Below are positions 39,607 through 51,912 of a stretch of 64,000 bases of DNA, piece after piece. The stretch lies in the NCBI GenBank assembly GCA_040756595.1, contig JBFLYR010000004.1:22695-86694 (forward strand), read 5' to 3'. Under the pieces are notes generated by a model. That model did not search any database, was not told the origin of the DNA, and saw nothing but the letters and a program-made list of their open reading frames with translations. Both the position numbers and the translations under genes were made by a program. Within the stretch, counting starts at the first letter, position 1; each line of letters starts with the position of its first letter. The DNA is from Pseudomonadota bacterium. Lineage in GTDB: Bacteria; Pseudomonadota; Gammaproteobacteria; Burkholderiales; Rhodocyclaceae.

Positions 39607-40658
39607 CCGGCCAGAATATCCCGCGCGATCGCATCGATGCTGGCGGGGCTCAAATCCTCGGCGATGAATTTCGCGGCATCCGTGTAGTCGCGGAAATTCT
39701 TCTCCTGCGAACGCTGGTAGAGCGGGTCGTAGTGCTTTTCCAGAAGTTCATCGACCAGCGTGCGGAAGTCGCCTGCCTCGATCAGCGTGGTCCAGCGCGC
39801 CAGCGTTTCGTTGCTCTGCAGGCCGCGCAGATGGCCGAGTTGCCCGATCAGCCATTGTGGCCGGCTGAGAAAATATTCGTAGTCGCGCAGCAGAAAGTCG
39901 GCTCTGGCGGGACGGCACGCGTCGATACGGATGCAGGGCGCGGCGCGCATGGCGAAGATCAGCGCGTCGGGAACCTGCAAGCTGCCAATGCGGCGGCTTT
40001 CCGCCTCGACAAAAACAGGCTGTGACGCGTCGAGTCTGGCCAGCGCAGCGAGGAGGTTCGTCTCGAACATGCGCTGCGATGGCTGTGGCGCATCGGGCAG
40101 GTTGCCGAGCACCGAGCCCTTGTGGGCAGCGAGCTCCTCGAGGTGCAGTACCTGAGCGCCCTGCGCACCGAGCGCTTCGAGGATGCGACTCTTGGCGCTG
40201 CCGGTCGGGCCGGAAATCACCTTGTAAGTGAACTGCGTCGGCAGCGTCGCCAACGTGTCGACGACATGGCGGCGCCAGGTCTTGTAGCCGCCGTCGAGGC
40301 GGTGCGCGTCCCAGCCGATCTCGCGCAGAATATGGGTGAAGGCACCTGAACGTTGCCCGCCGCGCCAGCAATAGACGAGGGGACGCCAGCTTTTCGGCTT
40401 GTCGAGGAACTGTGCCTCGATGTGCGCGGCGATATTTTTTGCGACGAGGGCGGCGCCGACTTTCTTCGCCTCAAAGGGCGAAACCTGCTTGTAGAGCGTG
40501 CCGACCTTGATCCGTTCCTCGTTCGACAGCACCGGGCAACTGGTAGCGCTGGGGATGTGGTCGTCGGCGAACTCGGCCGGCGAACGCGCGTCGAGCAGCG
40601 CATCGAATTCGCCCAACTGGGCCAGCGTGGCGACGCCGCGGGATCGGTGTTCGGCCAT
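39603..40658 (-). CDS. selU: tRNA 2-selenouridine synthase (rhodanese plus P-loop)
   Basis: 351 aa with a rhodanese active site (YCWRGGQRS) and a Walker A motif (SGPTGSAKS). It is collinear with E. coli SelU/YbbB as recalled. Confidence 0.85.
   Translation of the reverse strand: MAEHRSRGVATLAQLGEFDALLDARSPAEFADDHIPSATSCPVLSNEERIKVGTLYKQVSPFEAKKVGAALVAKNIAAHIEAQFLDKPKSWRPLVYCWRGGQRSGAFTHILREIGWDAHRLDGGYKTWRRHVVDTLATLPTQFTYKVISGPTGSAKSRILEALGAQGAQVLHLEELAAHKGSVLGNLPDAPQPSQRMFETNLLAALARLDASQPVFVEAESRRIGSLQVPDALIFAMRAAPCIRIDACRPARADFLLRDYEYFLSRPQWLIGQLGHLRGLQSNETLARWTTLIEAGDFRTLVDELLEKHYDPLYQRSQEKNFRDYTDAAKFIAEDLSPASIDAIARDILAG
39894..39917 (+). repeat. 24-nt dispersed repeat, copy 12 (1 substitution)
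   Basis: AAAGTCGGCTCTGGCGGGACGGCA lies antisense inside selU and is read as CRPARADF. Confidence 0.93.
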
Positions 40659-40660
40659 GA

Positions 40661-41269
40661 TCAGCGTTTCAGTAAGGGTTTGAGTGCGGCCCAGACGTGA
40701 TCGCGGATCATCGGCTGGGCGGCTGCGGTCGGATGCAGGCGGTCGGGCTGGAAGGCCGCATCGTCCAGCGCGATCGGTTCAAGCAGGAAGGGCAACAAAG
40801 CGGTCTTGCGTTGTTGCGCCAGATCGCGGAACACGGCTCCGAAACGCTGCGTGTAGTCGGGGCCGTAGTTCGGCGGTAGTTGCATGCCGGCCAGCAACAC
40901 GTGTGCGCCGGCGGACTGGGCCGCCACGATCATTGCGTCCAGGTTCGCGCGCATCGCCTGCGGCGGGAGGCCGCGCAGGCCGTCGTTGGCGCCGAGCGCG
41001 AGGATGACAATGCGCGGCTGGTGCTGCCTGATGGCAGCCGGCAGGCGGCTGCGACCACCCGCTGTCGTTTCGCCGCTGATGCTGGCGTTGACGACCGTGA
41101 GCGGGAACTTTTCCTGGCGCAGGCGTTCTGCCAGAAGGTTTGGCCAGCTTTGCTCGATGGCGATGCCATAGCCGGCCGACAGGCTGTCGCCGAAGACGAG
41201 CAGCTTGTCCGCGGCGGCGGCAAGGCTCGCGCACAGGCACAACAACAATGATGCGAGAATCCGGAACAT
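40661..41269 (-). CDS. tesA: GDSL arylesterase / acyl-CoA thioesterase I
   Basis: 202 aa from ATG 41269 with a signal peptide and the motifs FGDSLSAGYG, LGANDGLRG and a DRLHP catalytic His block. Confidence 0.88.
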   Translation of the reverse strand: MFRILASLLLCLCASLAAAADKLLVFGDSLSAGYGIAIEQSWPNLLAERLRQEKFPLTVVNASISGETTAGGRSRLPAAIRQHQPRIVILALGANDGLRGLPPQAMRANLDAMIVAAQSAGAHVLLAGMQLPPNYGPDYTQRFGAVFRDLAQQRKTALLPFLLEPIALDDAAFQPDRLHPTAAAQPMIRDHVWAALKPLLKR

Positions 41270-41942
41270 GATCAAAACGGTATTGCAGGTCGATGAGCTG
41301 GGCAAGGATGTGGCCAGCGGGGAGTCTACCCTGACCATCCTCGATGGCATTGGTTTTGCGGTCGGTGCAGGCGAGTCGGTCGCCATCGTCGGTGCGTCGG
41401 GGTCGGGCAAGTCGACGCTGCTGGGGCTGATGGCGGGCCTTGACCAGCCGACGCGTGGCAGCGTCACGCTCGCCGGGCAAAAGCTGTCGGCGCTGGACGA
41501 GGACGGCCGCGCCGCCCTGCGCGGGCGCGAACTCGGCTTCGTCTTCCAGTCCTTCCACCTGCTGCCGGCGCTTACCGCGCTCGAAAACGCCATGCTGCCG
41601 CTCGAACTGCTCGGCCTGCCGAATCCGCAGGTAGTGGCGGAGGCCATGCTCGCGCGCGTCGGGCTGGCCGACCGGCTCGGTCACTATCCCAAGCATCTCT
41701 CGGGAGGCGAGCAGCAGCGCGTTGCGTTGGCGCGCGCCTTCGCTGTCCATCCGCGCCTGCTACTCGCCGACGAGCCGACTGGTAACCTCGACGCCGCGAC
41801 CGGCCGGCAGGTCATCGACCTGATGTTCGCGATGAATGCAGAGCAGGGCACGACGTTGGTGCTCGTCACCCACGATGAAACGCTGGCCAGTCGCTGCGGC
41901 CGCACGCTACGATTGGTGGCCGGACGTCTCGCGCAGGATTGA
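41268..41942 (+). CDS. ybbA: ABC transporter ATP-binding protein (YbbA/LolD-like)
   Basis: 224 aa with GASGSGKSTLL, LSGGEQQRVALARA and LLLADEPTGNLD. It is divergent from tesA as in E. coli, and the two start codons overlap (CATG). Confidence 0.8.
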   Translation: MIKTVLQVDELGKDVASGESTLTILDGIGFAVGAGESVAIVGASGSGKSTLLGLMAGLDQPTRGSVTLAGQKLSALDEDGRAALRGRELGFVFQSFHLLPALTALENAMLPLELLGLPNPQVVAEAMLARVGLADRLGHYPKHLSGGEQQRVALARAFAVHPRLLLADEPTGNLDAATGRQVIDLMFAMNAEQGTTLVLVTHDETLASRCGRTLRLVAGRLAQD

Positions 41943-43184
41943 ACGTGCGGCGGCCACGCCGCTCCTGACCGCGCCTTCGAGCGTGGCAGGGTAATCCCCA
42001 GCCACGTAGTCGCCCGCCAGCCAGACGTTCGGCAACCCGGTTGCTGTTGGTGGTCGCTCCAGGCTTGGCGTACAGGCGAAGGTGGCGCGCTTTTCCTCGA
42101 TCACCCAATGCTTGAGTGGCGGTCGCAGGCCGGGCAGCAGCGCGGCGATCTGGGCATGGATGGAAGCGGCCAGCGCGTCGTGATCGAGTTCCTGCCACGG
42201 GCCGGTGCCGCTGATGACTGCCGCGAGGATGCCGGGTTGGCCACAGAGCGCGCCGCGGTCGAAAATCCACTGGGCATAACCATTGTCCAGGCCGATCATC
42301 GGGAAGGGCAGCAGCGTGGCACCGGGATAGGCGAGGTAGCAGGTGGCGATGGGTTGCCAGTCGAACCGGAACCGTGCGGCAATCTCTGGCAGCAGCGCCG
42401 CCAGATGGTAGGGCGCGACGGCGATGACCTTGTGGTCGAAGCGGCCGAGTTCGTTGAGTTCCGCCAGCGTCCGGATGCGGGTGCCGCGGACGACACGGCC
42501 GCCATGACTTGCGATGAAACGTGCCGCCGGCTCGGGGAACAGGCTGGAAAAATCGGTCGCCGGCAGCAGCAGGTCGGAGGCCGCTCGATCGGCGGCGAGG
42601 CTGTCGCGCAGCACATTGAGGAAAACCTGTGCCGAAGCGCTGGCGACGGGTGTGTTGAGCGCGGCGAGGCAGAGCGGTTCCCAGAGGAAGCGCCGCACGC
42701 GTTCGGGTTGCCGATGGGCGGAGAAGAGGTCGGCGGCGCTCAAGTCTTCGGGCAAGCGGAAGTTGCGCGCCTGTTGCGCGCGCATGAAACGGATGGCGGC
42801 AATCTTGTCCTTGAACGAAAGCCCGCGGGCCGTGAGCAGCGCCCAGCCGAGATGCAGCGGAGCCGGCAGATTGGGCGCGGCCACTTTGACTTGTCCGGGG
42901 AACTCCAGATGCAAGAACTCACGCTTTAGTGGCTTTAGTGCCGTCCTGTCAGCGCCGACTTTTTCCATCAAGCGCAGAGTTTCGCGATAGGCACCGACGA
43001 GGATGTGCGCGCCGTTGTCGACGGTCATGCTGTCGAGCGTGACGGCACGGGCGCGGCCGCCGAGCGTGTGAGAAGCCTCGAAAACTTCGACGGCCACGCC
43101 GGCCTCTGCCAGTTCGACCGCGCTGGCGAGGCCGGCGTAACCCGCCCCAATCACGGCTACTTTCGTGGCTACGCGCGCAGCCAT
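41907..43184 (-). CDS. hpnE: Hydroxysqualene dehydroxylase (FAD-dependent amine-oxidase family)
   Basis: 425 aa from ATG 43184 with the dinucleotide fold VAVIGAGYAGLASAVELA. It is the last gene of an hpnC-hpnD-hpnE arrangement. Confidence 0.8.
   Translation of the reverse strand: MAARVATKVAVIGAGYAGLASAVELAEAGVAVEVFEASHTLGGRARAVTLDSMTVDNGAHILVGAYRETLRLMEKVGADRTALKPLKREFLHLEFPGQVKVAAPNLPAPLHLGWALLTARGLSFKDKIAAIRFMRAQQARNFRLPEDLSAADLFSAHRQPERVRRFLWEPLCLAALNTPVASASAQVFLNVLRDSLAADRAASDLLLPATDFSSLFPEPAARFIASHGGRVVRGTRIRTLAELNELGRFDHKVIAVAPYHLAALLPEIAARFRFDWQPIATCYLAYPGATLLPFPMIGLDNGYAQWIFDRGALCGQPGILAAVISGTGPWQELDHDALAASIHAQIAALLPGLRPPLKHWVIEEKRATFACTPSLERPPTATGLPNVWLAGDYVAGDYPATLEGAVRSGVAAARSILRETSGHQS
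42939..42962 (-). repeat. 24-nt dispersed repeat, copy 13 (2 substitutions)
   Basis: The + strand reads TGCCGTCCTGTCAGCGCCGACTTT. The copy lies in sense and in frame in hpnE and is read as KVGADRTA. Confidence 0.9.
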
Positions 43185-44002
43185 GCCTTCAGTGCGAGCC
43201 AGGCCTTGCGTGCGGGCGGCAGCGCGGTGCGGCGGTCGAGGACGAGAAAGCCGTCGCGTTCGATCTCGTCGAGTAGCGTGCGGTAGATCGCCGCCATGAT
43301 CAAGCCAGGCCGTTGCGCCTTGCGGTCGGCCTTGGGCAGTTGTGCGAAGGCGCGCTCGTAGTGTTCGCGGGCGCGCTGCGCCTGGAAGGCCATCAGCGCT
43401 GCGAATTCCGGTGTGTGGCGTGCGTTCAGGATGCCGCTTTCCCTGACACCGAAGCGGACGAGTTCGTCCTGCGGCAGGTAGATGCGGCCGCGGCGCGCAT
43501 CTTCGCCGACGTCGCGGATGATGTTGGTGAGTTGGAAGGCGAGTCCCAGGGCATGTGCGTACTTCAGCGTATGGCGGTCCTCGTAGCCGAAAATCTCGGC
43601 CGACAGCAGGCCGACGACGCCGGCCGCGCGATGGCAATACAACTGCAACTGGGCGAAGTCTTCGTAGCGTGCCAGATCGAGATCCATCTGCATTCCGTCA
43701 ATGATCTCGCCGAGTTGTTCGACCGGCAGTTCGAAATGTGTGCGCGCAGTGGCGAGGGCCTGCATCACCGGATGCCCGGGCTGGCCGTCTTCCAGCTTGC
43801 CGAGTTCGCTGCGCCACCAGTCGAGTGTGGCGCGGGCGATGGCTGGTTCGCGACATTCGTCGACGACGTCGTCGACTTCGCGGCAAAAGGCATACAGCGC
43901 GTTGATCGCCTGCCGGCGCAGTGGATCGAGGAAGCGGAAGCTCGCCGCGAAGCTGGAACCGCTCTGCCTGACCTTGTCGGCGCAGTAGTCGTCGGGGTTC
44001 AC
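43169..44002 (-). CDS. hpnD: Presqualene diphosphate synthase
   Basis: 277 aa whose GTG 44002 overlaps the hpnC stop codon (GTGA). It has the squalene/phytoene synthase motifs YAFCREVDDVVD and NIIRDVGEDARRGRIYLP. Confidence 0.82.
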   Translation of the reverse strand: MNPDDYCADKVRQSGSSFAASFRFLDPLRRQAINALYAFCREVDDVVDECREPAIARATLDWWRSELGKLEDGQPGHPVMQALATARTHFELPVEQLGEIIDGMQMDLDLARYEDFAQLQLYCHRAAGVVGLLSAEIFGYEDRHTLKYAHALGLAFQLTNIIRDVGEDARRGRIYLPQDELVRFGVRESGILNARHTPEFAALMAFQAQRAREHYERAFAQLPKADRKAQRPGLIMAAIYRTLLDEIERDGFLVLDRRTALPPARKAWLALKAWLRA

Positions 44003-44823
44003 AATGCTTTCCAGAGAACGCGCGGCCAATCGAGTGCGCTGAGTACCGGACGCCGATTGAAGACGTCGTAGTCGGCCGCTTCGATCTTGGCCAGAATGCA
44101 CAGGCCGCCGGCGACGATGGCGCGGATTTCCATGCCGATGCGACCCGGCAGATCGTGGCCGAGCGATGCGCCGCTCAGCATCAGCGCGCGGGCACGCTCG
44201 ACCTGAAAGCGCATCAGTGCGCAAAAGTCGGCGCTGGCGAGACGGCTGCTCAGGGACTGTTCGGTCACGGCAAAACGCTTCATGTCTTCCTGCGGCAAAT
44301 AGATGCGGCCATTGTGCCCCTTATCGAGGTCGATGCCGACATCCTGCCAGTGATTGATGAGCTGCAGGGCGGAACAGATGGCGTCCGAGCGGCGCAGCTT
44401 GTCCGGGGTGGTGGTACCAAAGAGGTGCAGCAGCAAGCGGCCGACCGGATTCGCCGAACGGCGGCAGTAGTCCATCAACTCATCGTAACTGGCGTAGCGG
44501 TCCTTGACGACATCCTGCGCGAAGGCGTCGAGCAGGTCGCGAAAGAGCTGGAGGGGGAGTTTGTACTCTTGGATGTGCGGCCGCAGCTGCAGGAAAACCG
44601 GGTGTGCCGTCGGTTCGCTACGCTCGATGCGATCCAGTTCGGCCTGATAGCCGGCCAGCAGGCGCAGGCGTTCTTCCGGTGGCAGGCTGCCTTCATCGGC
44701 GAAATCGTCTGCCGAACGGGCGAAGACGTAGATCGCCGTTACGGCAGGTCGCAAGTGCGCCGGCAGCAAGAGCGAAGCAACGGGGAAATTCTCGTAGTGA
44801 TCCGGTTTTTCGGGCGGGGCCAT
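43999..44823 (-). CDS. hpnC: Squalene synthase HpnC
   Basis: 274 aa with the motifs HYENFPVAS, YVFARSADDFADEG and INHWQDVGIDLDKGHNGRIYLP. Confidence 0.82.
   Translation of the reverse strand: MAPPEKPDHYENFPVASLLLPAHLRPAVTAIYVFARSADDFADEGSLPPEERLRLLAGYQAELDRIERSEPTAHPVFLQLRPHIQEYKLPLQLFRDLLDAFAQDVVKDRYASYDELMDYCRRSANPVGRLLLHLFGTTTPDKLRRSDAICSALQLINHWQDVGIDLDKGHNGRIYLPQEDMKRFAVTEQSLSSRLASADFCALMRFQVERARALMLSGASLGHDLPGRIGMEIRAIVAGGLCILAKIEAADYDVFNRRPVLSALDWPRVLWKAL
44224..44247 (+). repeat. 24-nt dispersed repeat, copy 14 (2 substitutions)
   Basis: AAAGTCGGCGCTGGCGAGACGGCT lies antisense inside hpnC and is read as SRLASADF. Confidence 0.88.
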
Positions 44824-44878
44824 TGCCCGGCAGTATAGGTTCTAAGCGGGGTATTTAGGCGCTAGAATGCCCGGTCGC

Positions 44879-44963
44879 GCGAGGGTGGCGGAATTGGTAG
44901 ACGCACTGGATTTAGGTTCCAGCGGGGTAACCTGTGAGGGTTCGAGTCCCTCCCTTCGCACCA
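44879..44963 (+). tRNA. tRNA-Leu (anticodon UAG)
   Basis: Acceptor stem GCGAGGG/CCTTCGC, D-arm GGAATTGGTAGAC, anticodon loop TTTAGGT, a long variable arm, T-loop GGTTCGAGTCC and a CCA end. A TAGAAT hexamer lies 10 nt upstream. Confidence 0.9.
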
Positions 44964-45008
44964 TCGCATAACTTCTTCATTCTTTTCGCTTCATTTCAAG
45001 GATTCTTC

Positions 45009-46337
45009 ATGGAAACGACCCAGGACACCACCGCCCAAGCCGCCAGCCCGGCCCCCAATCCTCTGGAGCGCCGCATCGATATGGCGGTGACGCTCGCCGC
45101 GATCGAGCAGGAAGTGGAACAGCAGCTCAAGCGCATCGCCAAGACCGCCAAGATGGCCGGTTTCCGCCCGGGCAAGGTGCCGATGAAGATGGTGGCGCAG
45201 ATGTACGGTGGCCAGGCGCGTTCCGATGCGATCGGCGCGGCCATCGACAAGGCCTTCGGCGAAATGGTGCGCACGCAGAACCTGCGCATCGCCGGCCAGC
45301 CACGCGTCGAGCCGAAGAAATCCGAAGATGCGGCAAAGATGGAATTCACCGCGATCTTCGAGGTGTATCCCGAGTTCCAGATCGCTGAGGTTGCCGGCAA
45401 GGCGATCGAAAAGCCGGTGCTGACCGTGGGTGATGCCGAAGTCGACAAAACCATTGAAGTGCTGCGCAAGCAACGCACCACTTACAGCGATGCCGGCCGT
45501 GCCGCCGTCACAGGCGATCGCCTCATCATCGACTTTACCGGCCGGAAGGATGGTGAAGAGTTCGATGGCGGCAAGGCGACCGACTACCCTGTCTTCGTCG
45601 GCGGCGGCATGATGCTGCCCGACTTCGAGGCTGCGCTGGAAGGCGTGACCACAGGGCAGGAAAAGACCTTCGACGTGAAGTTCCCGGATGATTACCACGC
45701 CAAGAACCTGGCGGGCAATCTCGTGCAATTCACCGTGACCGTCAAGAAGGTCGAAGCGCCGCAGCTACCAGCCATTGATGCCGACTTCGCCCGTGCACTG
45801 GGCGTCAAGGACGGCGACACCGCCAAGATGCGCAGCGAAGTGCAATCCAACCTCGAACGGGAAGTGGCCAAGCGGCTGCGCGCCCGCGTCAAGGAGCAGG
45901 CCATGAATGCCCTGCTCGAATCCAACCCGATCGACGTGCCGCAGGCGATGGTGCAGGCCGAGGCCCAGCAGATGGCTGAAAATGCCCTCAACGATCTCAA
46001 GCAGCGCAACCCGCAGATGAAGGACATGCCGGTCGAGGCCAGCTGGTTCACCGATCAGGCGGCCAAGCGCGTGAAACTCGGGCTGATCGTCGCCGAACTG
46101 GTCAAAGCCAAGGACCTGCACGTCAAGCCCGAGCAGGTGCGTGCTGTGGTCGATGACTTCGCCGCGACCTTCGAGGACCCGAAGGAGGTCGTGCGCTGGT
46201 ACTACAGCCAGCCGCAGCGTCTGGCCGAAGCCGAGGCGCTGGCGATGGAAAACAACGTGGTCGACTGGGTGCTCGCCAATGCGCAGGTTAGCGACAAGGC
46301 GGTCGGTTTTGACGAGTTGATGGGTAGTCAGGCATGA
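45009..46337 (+). CDS. tig: Trigger factor
   Basis: 442 aa from ATG 45009 with the ribosome-binding motif GFRPGKVP and an FKBP-type middle domain. The gene order tig-clpP-clpX-lon is classic. Confidence 0.93.
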   Translation: METTQDTTAQAASPAPNPLERRIDMAVTLAAIEQEVEQQLKRIAKTAKMAGFRPGKVPMKMVAQMYGGQARSDAIGAAIDKAFGEMVRTQNLRIAGQPRVEPKKSEDAAKMEFTAIFEVYPEFQIAEVAGKAIEKPVLTVGDAEVDKTIEVLRKQRTTYSDAGRAAVTGDRLIIDFTGRKDGEEFDGGKATDYPVFVGGGMMLPDFEAALEGVTTGQEKTFDVKFPDDYHAKNLAGNLVQFTVTVKKVEAPQLPAIDADFARALGVKDGDTAKMRSEVQSNLEREVAKRLRARVKEQAMNALLESNPIDVPQAMVQAEAQQMAENALNDLKQRNPQMKDMPVEASWFTDQAAKRVKLGLIVAELVKAKDLHVKPEQVRAVVDDFAATFEDPKEVVRWYYSQPQRLAEAEALAMENNVVDWVLANAQVSDKAVGFDELMGSQA

Positions 46338-46975
46338 TCCCGAGCATGGACACAATGCAACGTCAGGACGATCCTCAGGCGCTGGGTCTGGTGCCGATGG
46401 TCATCGAGACCAGTGGTCGCGGCGAGCGTGCTTATGACATTTATTCGCGCCTGTTGCGCGAGCGGGTGATCTTCCTCGTCGGCCCGGTGAATGATGTCAC
46501 CGCCAACCTGGTGGTCGCCCAGATGCTGTTCCTTGAATCCGAGAATCCGGACAAGGATATCTACCTGTACATCAATTCGCCCGGCGGCTCGGTGACATCC
46601 GGCCTCGCGATCTACGACACGATGCAGTTCATCAAGCCGGATGTGTCGACGCTGTGCGTCGGCCAGGCGGCCTCGATGGGCGCTTTCCTGCTGGCTGCCG
46701 GCACAGCCGGCAAGCGCTACTGCCTGCCGAACTCGCGCGTGATGATCCACCAGCCGATGGGTGGTTTCCAGGGCCAGGCCTCGGACATCGAGATTCACGC
46801 CAAGGAAATCCTCTTCATCAAGCAGCGCCTCAACGAGATGCTGGCGAAGCACACCGGCCAGCCGCTCGAGCGCATCGAACGTGACACCGATCGCGACAAC
46901 TTCCTGTCCGCCGAGGCTGCCGTGGAATACGGCCTGGTCGACAAGATGCTGACGAGCCGCGCCGACGCGGCCTGA
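46334..46975 (+). CDS. clpP: ATP-dependent Clp protease proteolytic subunit
   Basis: 213 aa with the motifs [30 protein letters not shown] (catalytic Ser) and MIHQP (His). Confidence 0.95.
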   Translation: MIPSMDTMQRQDDPQALGLVPMVIETSGRGERAYDIYSRLLRERVIFLVGPVNDVTANLVVAQMLFLESENPDKDIYLYINSPGGSVTSGLAIYDTMQFIKPDVSTLCVGQAASMGAFLLAAGTAGKRYCLPNSRVMIHQPMGGFQGQASDIEIHAKEILFIKQRLNEMLAKHTGQPLERIERDTDRDNFLSAEAAVEYGLVDKMLTSRADAA

Positions 46976-46998
46976 TACAAAACCCAAGGAGACCGGCG

Positions 46999-48261
46999 AT
47001 GGCAGAGAAAAATAACAGCCCCGAGAAGCTGCTTTACTGTTCCTTCTGCGGCAAAAGCCAGCACGAGGTCAAGAAACTGATCGCTGGTCCGTCGGTGTTC
47101 ATCTGCGACGAGTGCATCGACCTCTGCAACGACATCATCCGTGATGATACCGGCGGTACCGAAACCACGAAGCCGACGAACGATCTGCCGATTCCGGGCG
47201 AGATCCTCCAGGTGCTCGACCAGTACGTGATTGGCCAGGGACGGGCGAAGAAGATTCTCGCCGTTGCCGTTTACAACCATTACAAGCGTTTGCGCGGCGA
47301 AGGCAAAAAGGACGAGGTCGAGCTGTCGAAGAGCAACATCCTGCTCGTCGGCCCGACCGGCTCAGGCAAGACGCTGCTGGCACAGACGCTGGCGCGCATG
47401 CTCAATGTGCCCTTCGTGATCGCCGATGCGACGACGCTGACCGAAGCCGGCTATGTCGGCGAAGACGTCGAGAACATCATCGCCAAGCTGCTGCAGAAGT
47501 GCGATTACGAGCCTGCCAAGGCGCAGCAGGGGATCGTCTACATTGACGAGATCGACAAGATCTCCCGCCGCAGCGAGAACCGCTCGATCACGCGCGACGT
47601 GTCGGGCGAGGGTGTGCAGCAGGCACTGCTCAAGCTGGTCGAGGGCACCATAGCCTCGGTGCCGCCGCAGGGCGGACGCAAGCACCCGAACCAGGACTTC
47701 GTGCAGGTCGATACCGCCAACATCCTGTTCATCTGCGGTGGCGCCTTCGACGGCCTCGACAAGATCATCCAGGAGCGTTCGGAGAAGTCGGGTATCGGCT
47801 TCGGTGCGCAGGTCAAGAGTAAAACCAATGTCAGCATCAGCGAAGTGCTCGCGCAGGTCGAGCCTGACGATCTCGTCAAGTACGGCCTGATCCCGGAACT
47901 CATCGGCCGTCTGCCGGTGGTGGCCAACCTTTCCGAACTCGACGAGGACGCGCTGGTCCAGATCCTGATCGAACCGAAGAATGCGCTGATCAAGCAATAC
48001 CAGAAGCTCTTCGCCATGGAAGGGGTCGAACTGGAAGTGCGTCCCTCGGCCCTGCAGGCGATTGCCAGGAAAGCGGTGATGCGCAAAACCGGCGCGCGCG
48101 GCCTGCGTTCCATCATGGAAAACGTGTTGCTCGACACCATGTTCGAACTCCCCAGCCTGAGCGGTGTCGAAAAAGTCGTGATCGACGAGAACATGATCGA
48201 ATCGGGCAACAAACCGCTGCTGATCTACGCCGACCAGCCCAAGGTTTCCGGCTCTAACTAG
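46999..48261 (+). CDS. clpX: ATP-dependent Clp protease ATP-binding subunit ClpX
   Basis: 420 aa with a zinc-binding N-terminus (CSFCGK...CDEC), Walker [16 protein letters not shown] and the pore loop GYVGED. Confidence 0.97.
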   Translation: MAEKNNSPEKLLYCSFCGKSQHEVKKLIAGPSVFICDECIDLCNDIIRDDTGGTETTKPTNDLPIPGEILQVLDQYVIGQGRAKKILAVAVYNHYKRLRGEGKKDEVELSKSNILLVGPTGSGKTLLAQTLARMLNVPFVIADATTLTEAGYVGEDVENIIAKLLQKCDYEPAKAQQGIVYIDEIDKISRRSENRSITRDVSGEGVQQALLKLVEGTIASVPPQGGRKHPNQDFVQVDTANILFICGGAFDGLDKIIQERSEKSGIGFGAQVKSKTNVSISEVLAQVEPDDLVKYGLIPELIGRLPVVANLSELDEDALVQILIEPKNALIKQYQKLFAMEGVELEVRPSALQAIARKAVMRKTGARGLRSIMENVLLDTMFELPSLSGVEKVVIDENMIESGNKPLLIYADQPKVSGSN

Positions 48262-48317
48262 GGCAGTTTTCTTTTGCGGTATCCTGCCGTTGCCCGCTGT
48301 GATTGAGCGGGTGGCGG

Positions 48318-48345
48318 CTTGAATCCCTTGCCGCTGTCCCCATGT
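48318..48345 (+). promoter_or_regulatory. Candidate sigma32 (RpoH) heat-shock promoter of lon
   Basis: CTTGAAT (48318-48324), a 13-nt spacer, then CCCCATGT (48338-48345). This is a near-perfect match to CTTGAAA-N13-14-CCCCATNT and ends 35 nt before the lon ATG. Confidence 0.7.
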
Positions 48346-48380
48346 GGGGAAGACACGATTTTTCATGAGAGGATGCGTCC

Positions 48381-50816
<2,436 letters not shown>

Positions 50817-50852
50817 GTGGCAAGGCTTGCTAGAATCTGCCTCGGTTTGTGA

Positions 50853-50928
50853 GGGTGCTTAGCTCAGTTGGTAGAGCGTCGCCCTTACAAGGCGAATGTC
50901 GGGGGTTCGAGCCCCTCAGCACCCACCA
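50853..50928 (+). tRNA. tRNA-Val (anticodon UAC)
   Basis: Acceptor stem GGGTGCT/AGCACCC, D-arm AGCTCAGTTGGTAGAGC, anticodon loop CTTACAA, T-loop GGTTCGAGCCC and a CCA end. A TAGAAT hexamer lies 16 nt upstream. Confidence 0.92.
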
Positions 50929-50961
50929 ATAAACCTTGCAAACCAATTTGAGGTAATCTCG

Positions 50962-50987
50962 AAAGCCCGCCCAGTGCGGGCTTTTTG
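50962..50987 (+). terminator. Rho-independent terminator after tRNA-Val(UAC)
   Basis: AAGCCCGC-ccagt-GCGGGCTT followed by TTTT. Confidence 0.75.
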
Positions 50988-51009
50988 TTCGTTGCGCCAA
51001 CGCCAAAAG

Positions 51010-51897
51010 ATGCTGCTACGCATACTCGCCATCATCTTCCCGATCTTCGCCATAGTCGCGGCTGGCTGGCTCTACTCCCGCTATCGAAAGACGCGTGGCG
51101 GCATCGACATGGCATTCGCCAACCAGCTCAACATGGAAATTTTTGTGCCGGCGCTGATTTTTGCCGCGCTGGCATCGAAAAGTTTCGACCTCGCTGCCTA
51201 TGACCGTCTGGCGCTGGGCGCGCTGCTGTTAATGCTGGGGGCTGGTGTCCTGTCATGGGGGCTCACTTTGGTACTGCGCGAACAGCCCAAAACCTTTGTG
51301 CCGCCGATGATGTTCGTCAACTCCGGCAACATGGGCCTGCCGCTGATGGTGCTGGCCTTCGGTGACGCGGCTCTGCCGGCCGCAGTGGTGCTGTTCTTCG
51401 TCGAGAACGTGCTGCACTACACGCTTGGCACCTGGATGCTCGATCATCACGCACGATTGTGGAACCTCTGGCGCGTGCCGGTCATTTTCGCCGCACTGGT
51501 GGCGCTGGCGATCAATCTCTCCGGCTTTGAGCTCTGGCAGCCGCTGTACCTGTCGATCAAGCTGCTTGGCGACGTGGCAATTCCCTTGCTGCTGTTTTCA
51601 CTGGGCGTGCGGCTGGCCGTGTCGAATTGGAGCGATGTGCGCCTTGGCCTGATCGGTGCCGTGGCCTGTCCGGTGAGCGGCATGCTGCTCGCCTGGCTGT
51701 TGGCGTGGCTGCTCGGCTTGAATGAGAGCGACGCCGCCTTGCTCATGGTGTTCGGGGCCTTGCCGCCGGCCGTGCTCAATTATGTTTTCGCTGAACGCTA
51801 CCAGCAGGAGCCGGCCAAGGTGGCGTCGATCGTCATGATCGGCAATCTTGGTGCGCTGGTCTTCGTGCCGCTGGCGCTCGCCCTGACTTTGAAATAG
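51010..51897 (+). CDS. AEC-family (auxin efflux carrier-like) transporter
   Basis: 295 aa from ATG 51010, a polytopic membrane protein. The MLLRILAIIFPIFAIVAAGW start and overall pattern are typical of the AEC family. Confidence 0.7.
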   Translation: MLLRILAIIFPIFAIVAAGWLYSRYRKTRGGIDMAFANQLNMEIFVPALIFAALASKSFDLAAYDRLALGALLLMLGAGVLSWGLTLVLREQPKTFVPPMMFVNSGNMGLPLMVLAFGDAALPAAVVLFFVENVLHYTLGTWMLDHHARLWNLWRVPVIFAALVALAINLSGFELWQPLYLSIKLLGDVAIPLLLFSLGVRLAVSNWSDVRLGLIGAVACPVSGMLLAWLLAWLLGLNESDAALLMVFGALPPAVLNYVFAERYQQEPAKVASIVMIGNLGALVFVPLALALTLK

Positions 51898-51912
51898 GAG
51901 TTGCAGATTCCC

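Noticed and set aside
40440-40463. Possible second, degenerate reverse copy in selU (TGCGACGAGGGCGGCGCCGACTTT, 17/24 identity, read as KVGAALVA).
   Set aside because: Only the AAAGTCGGCGC arm matches and the 3' arm is absent. This is below the identity of all accepted copies.
41486-41507. GTCGGCGCTGG...GACGGC in ybbA, resembling both repeat arms.
   Set aside because: The spacer is 2 nt longer than in the repeat. The segment encodes a conserved-length ABC-protein region (KLSALDEDGRAAL). I cannot distinguish a decayed copy from chance.
42923-42940. Tandem 9-mer GCTTTAGTG x2 directly abutting the hpnE repeat copy, considered as a target-site duplication.
   Set aside because: Both units are on the same side of the element. 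No comparable duplication flanks any other copy, so it is probably a local LKPLK codon duplication.
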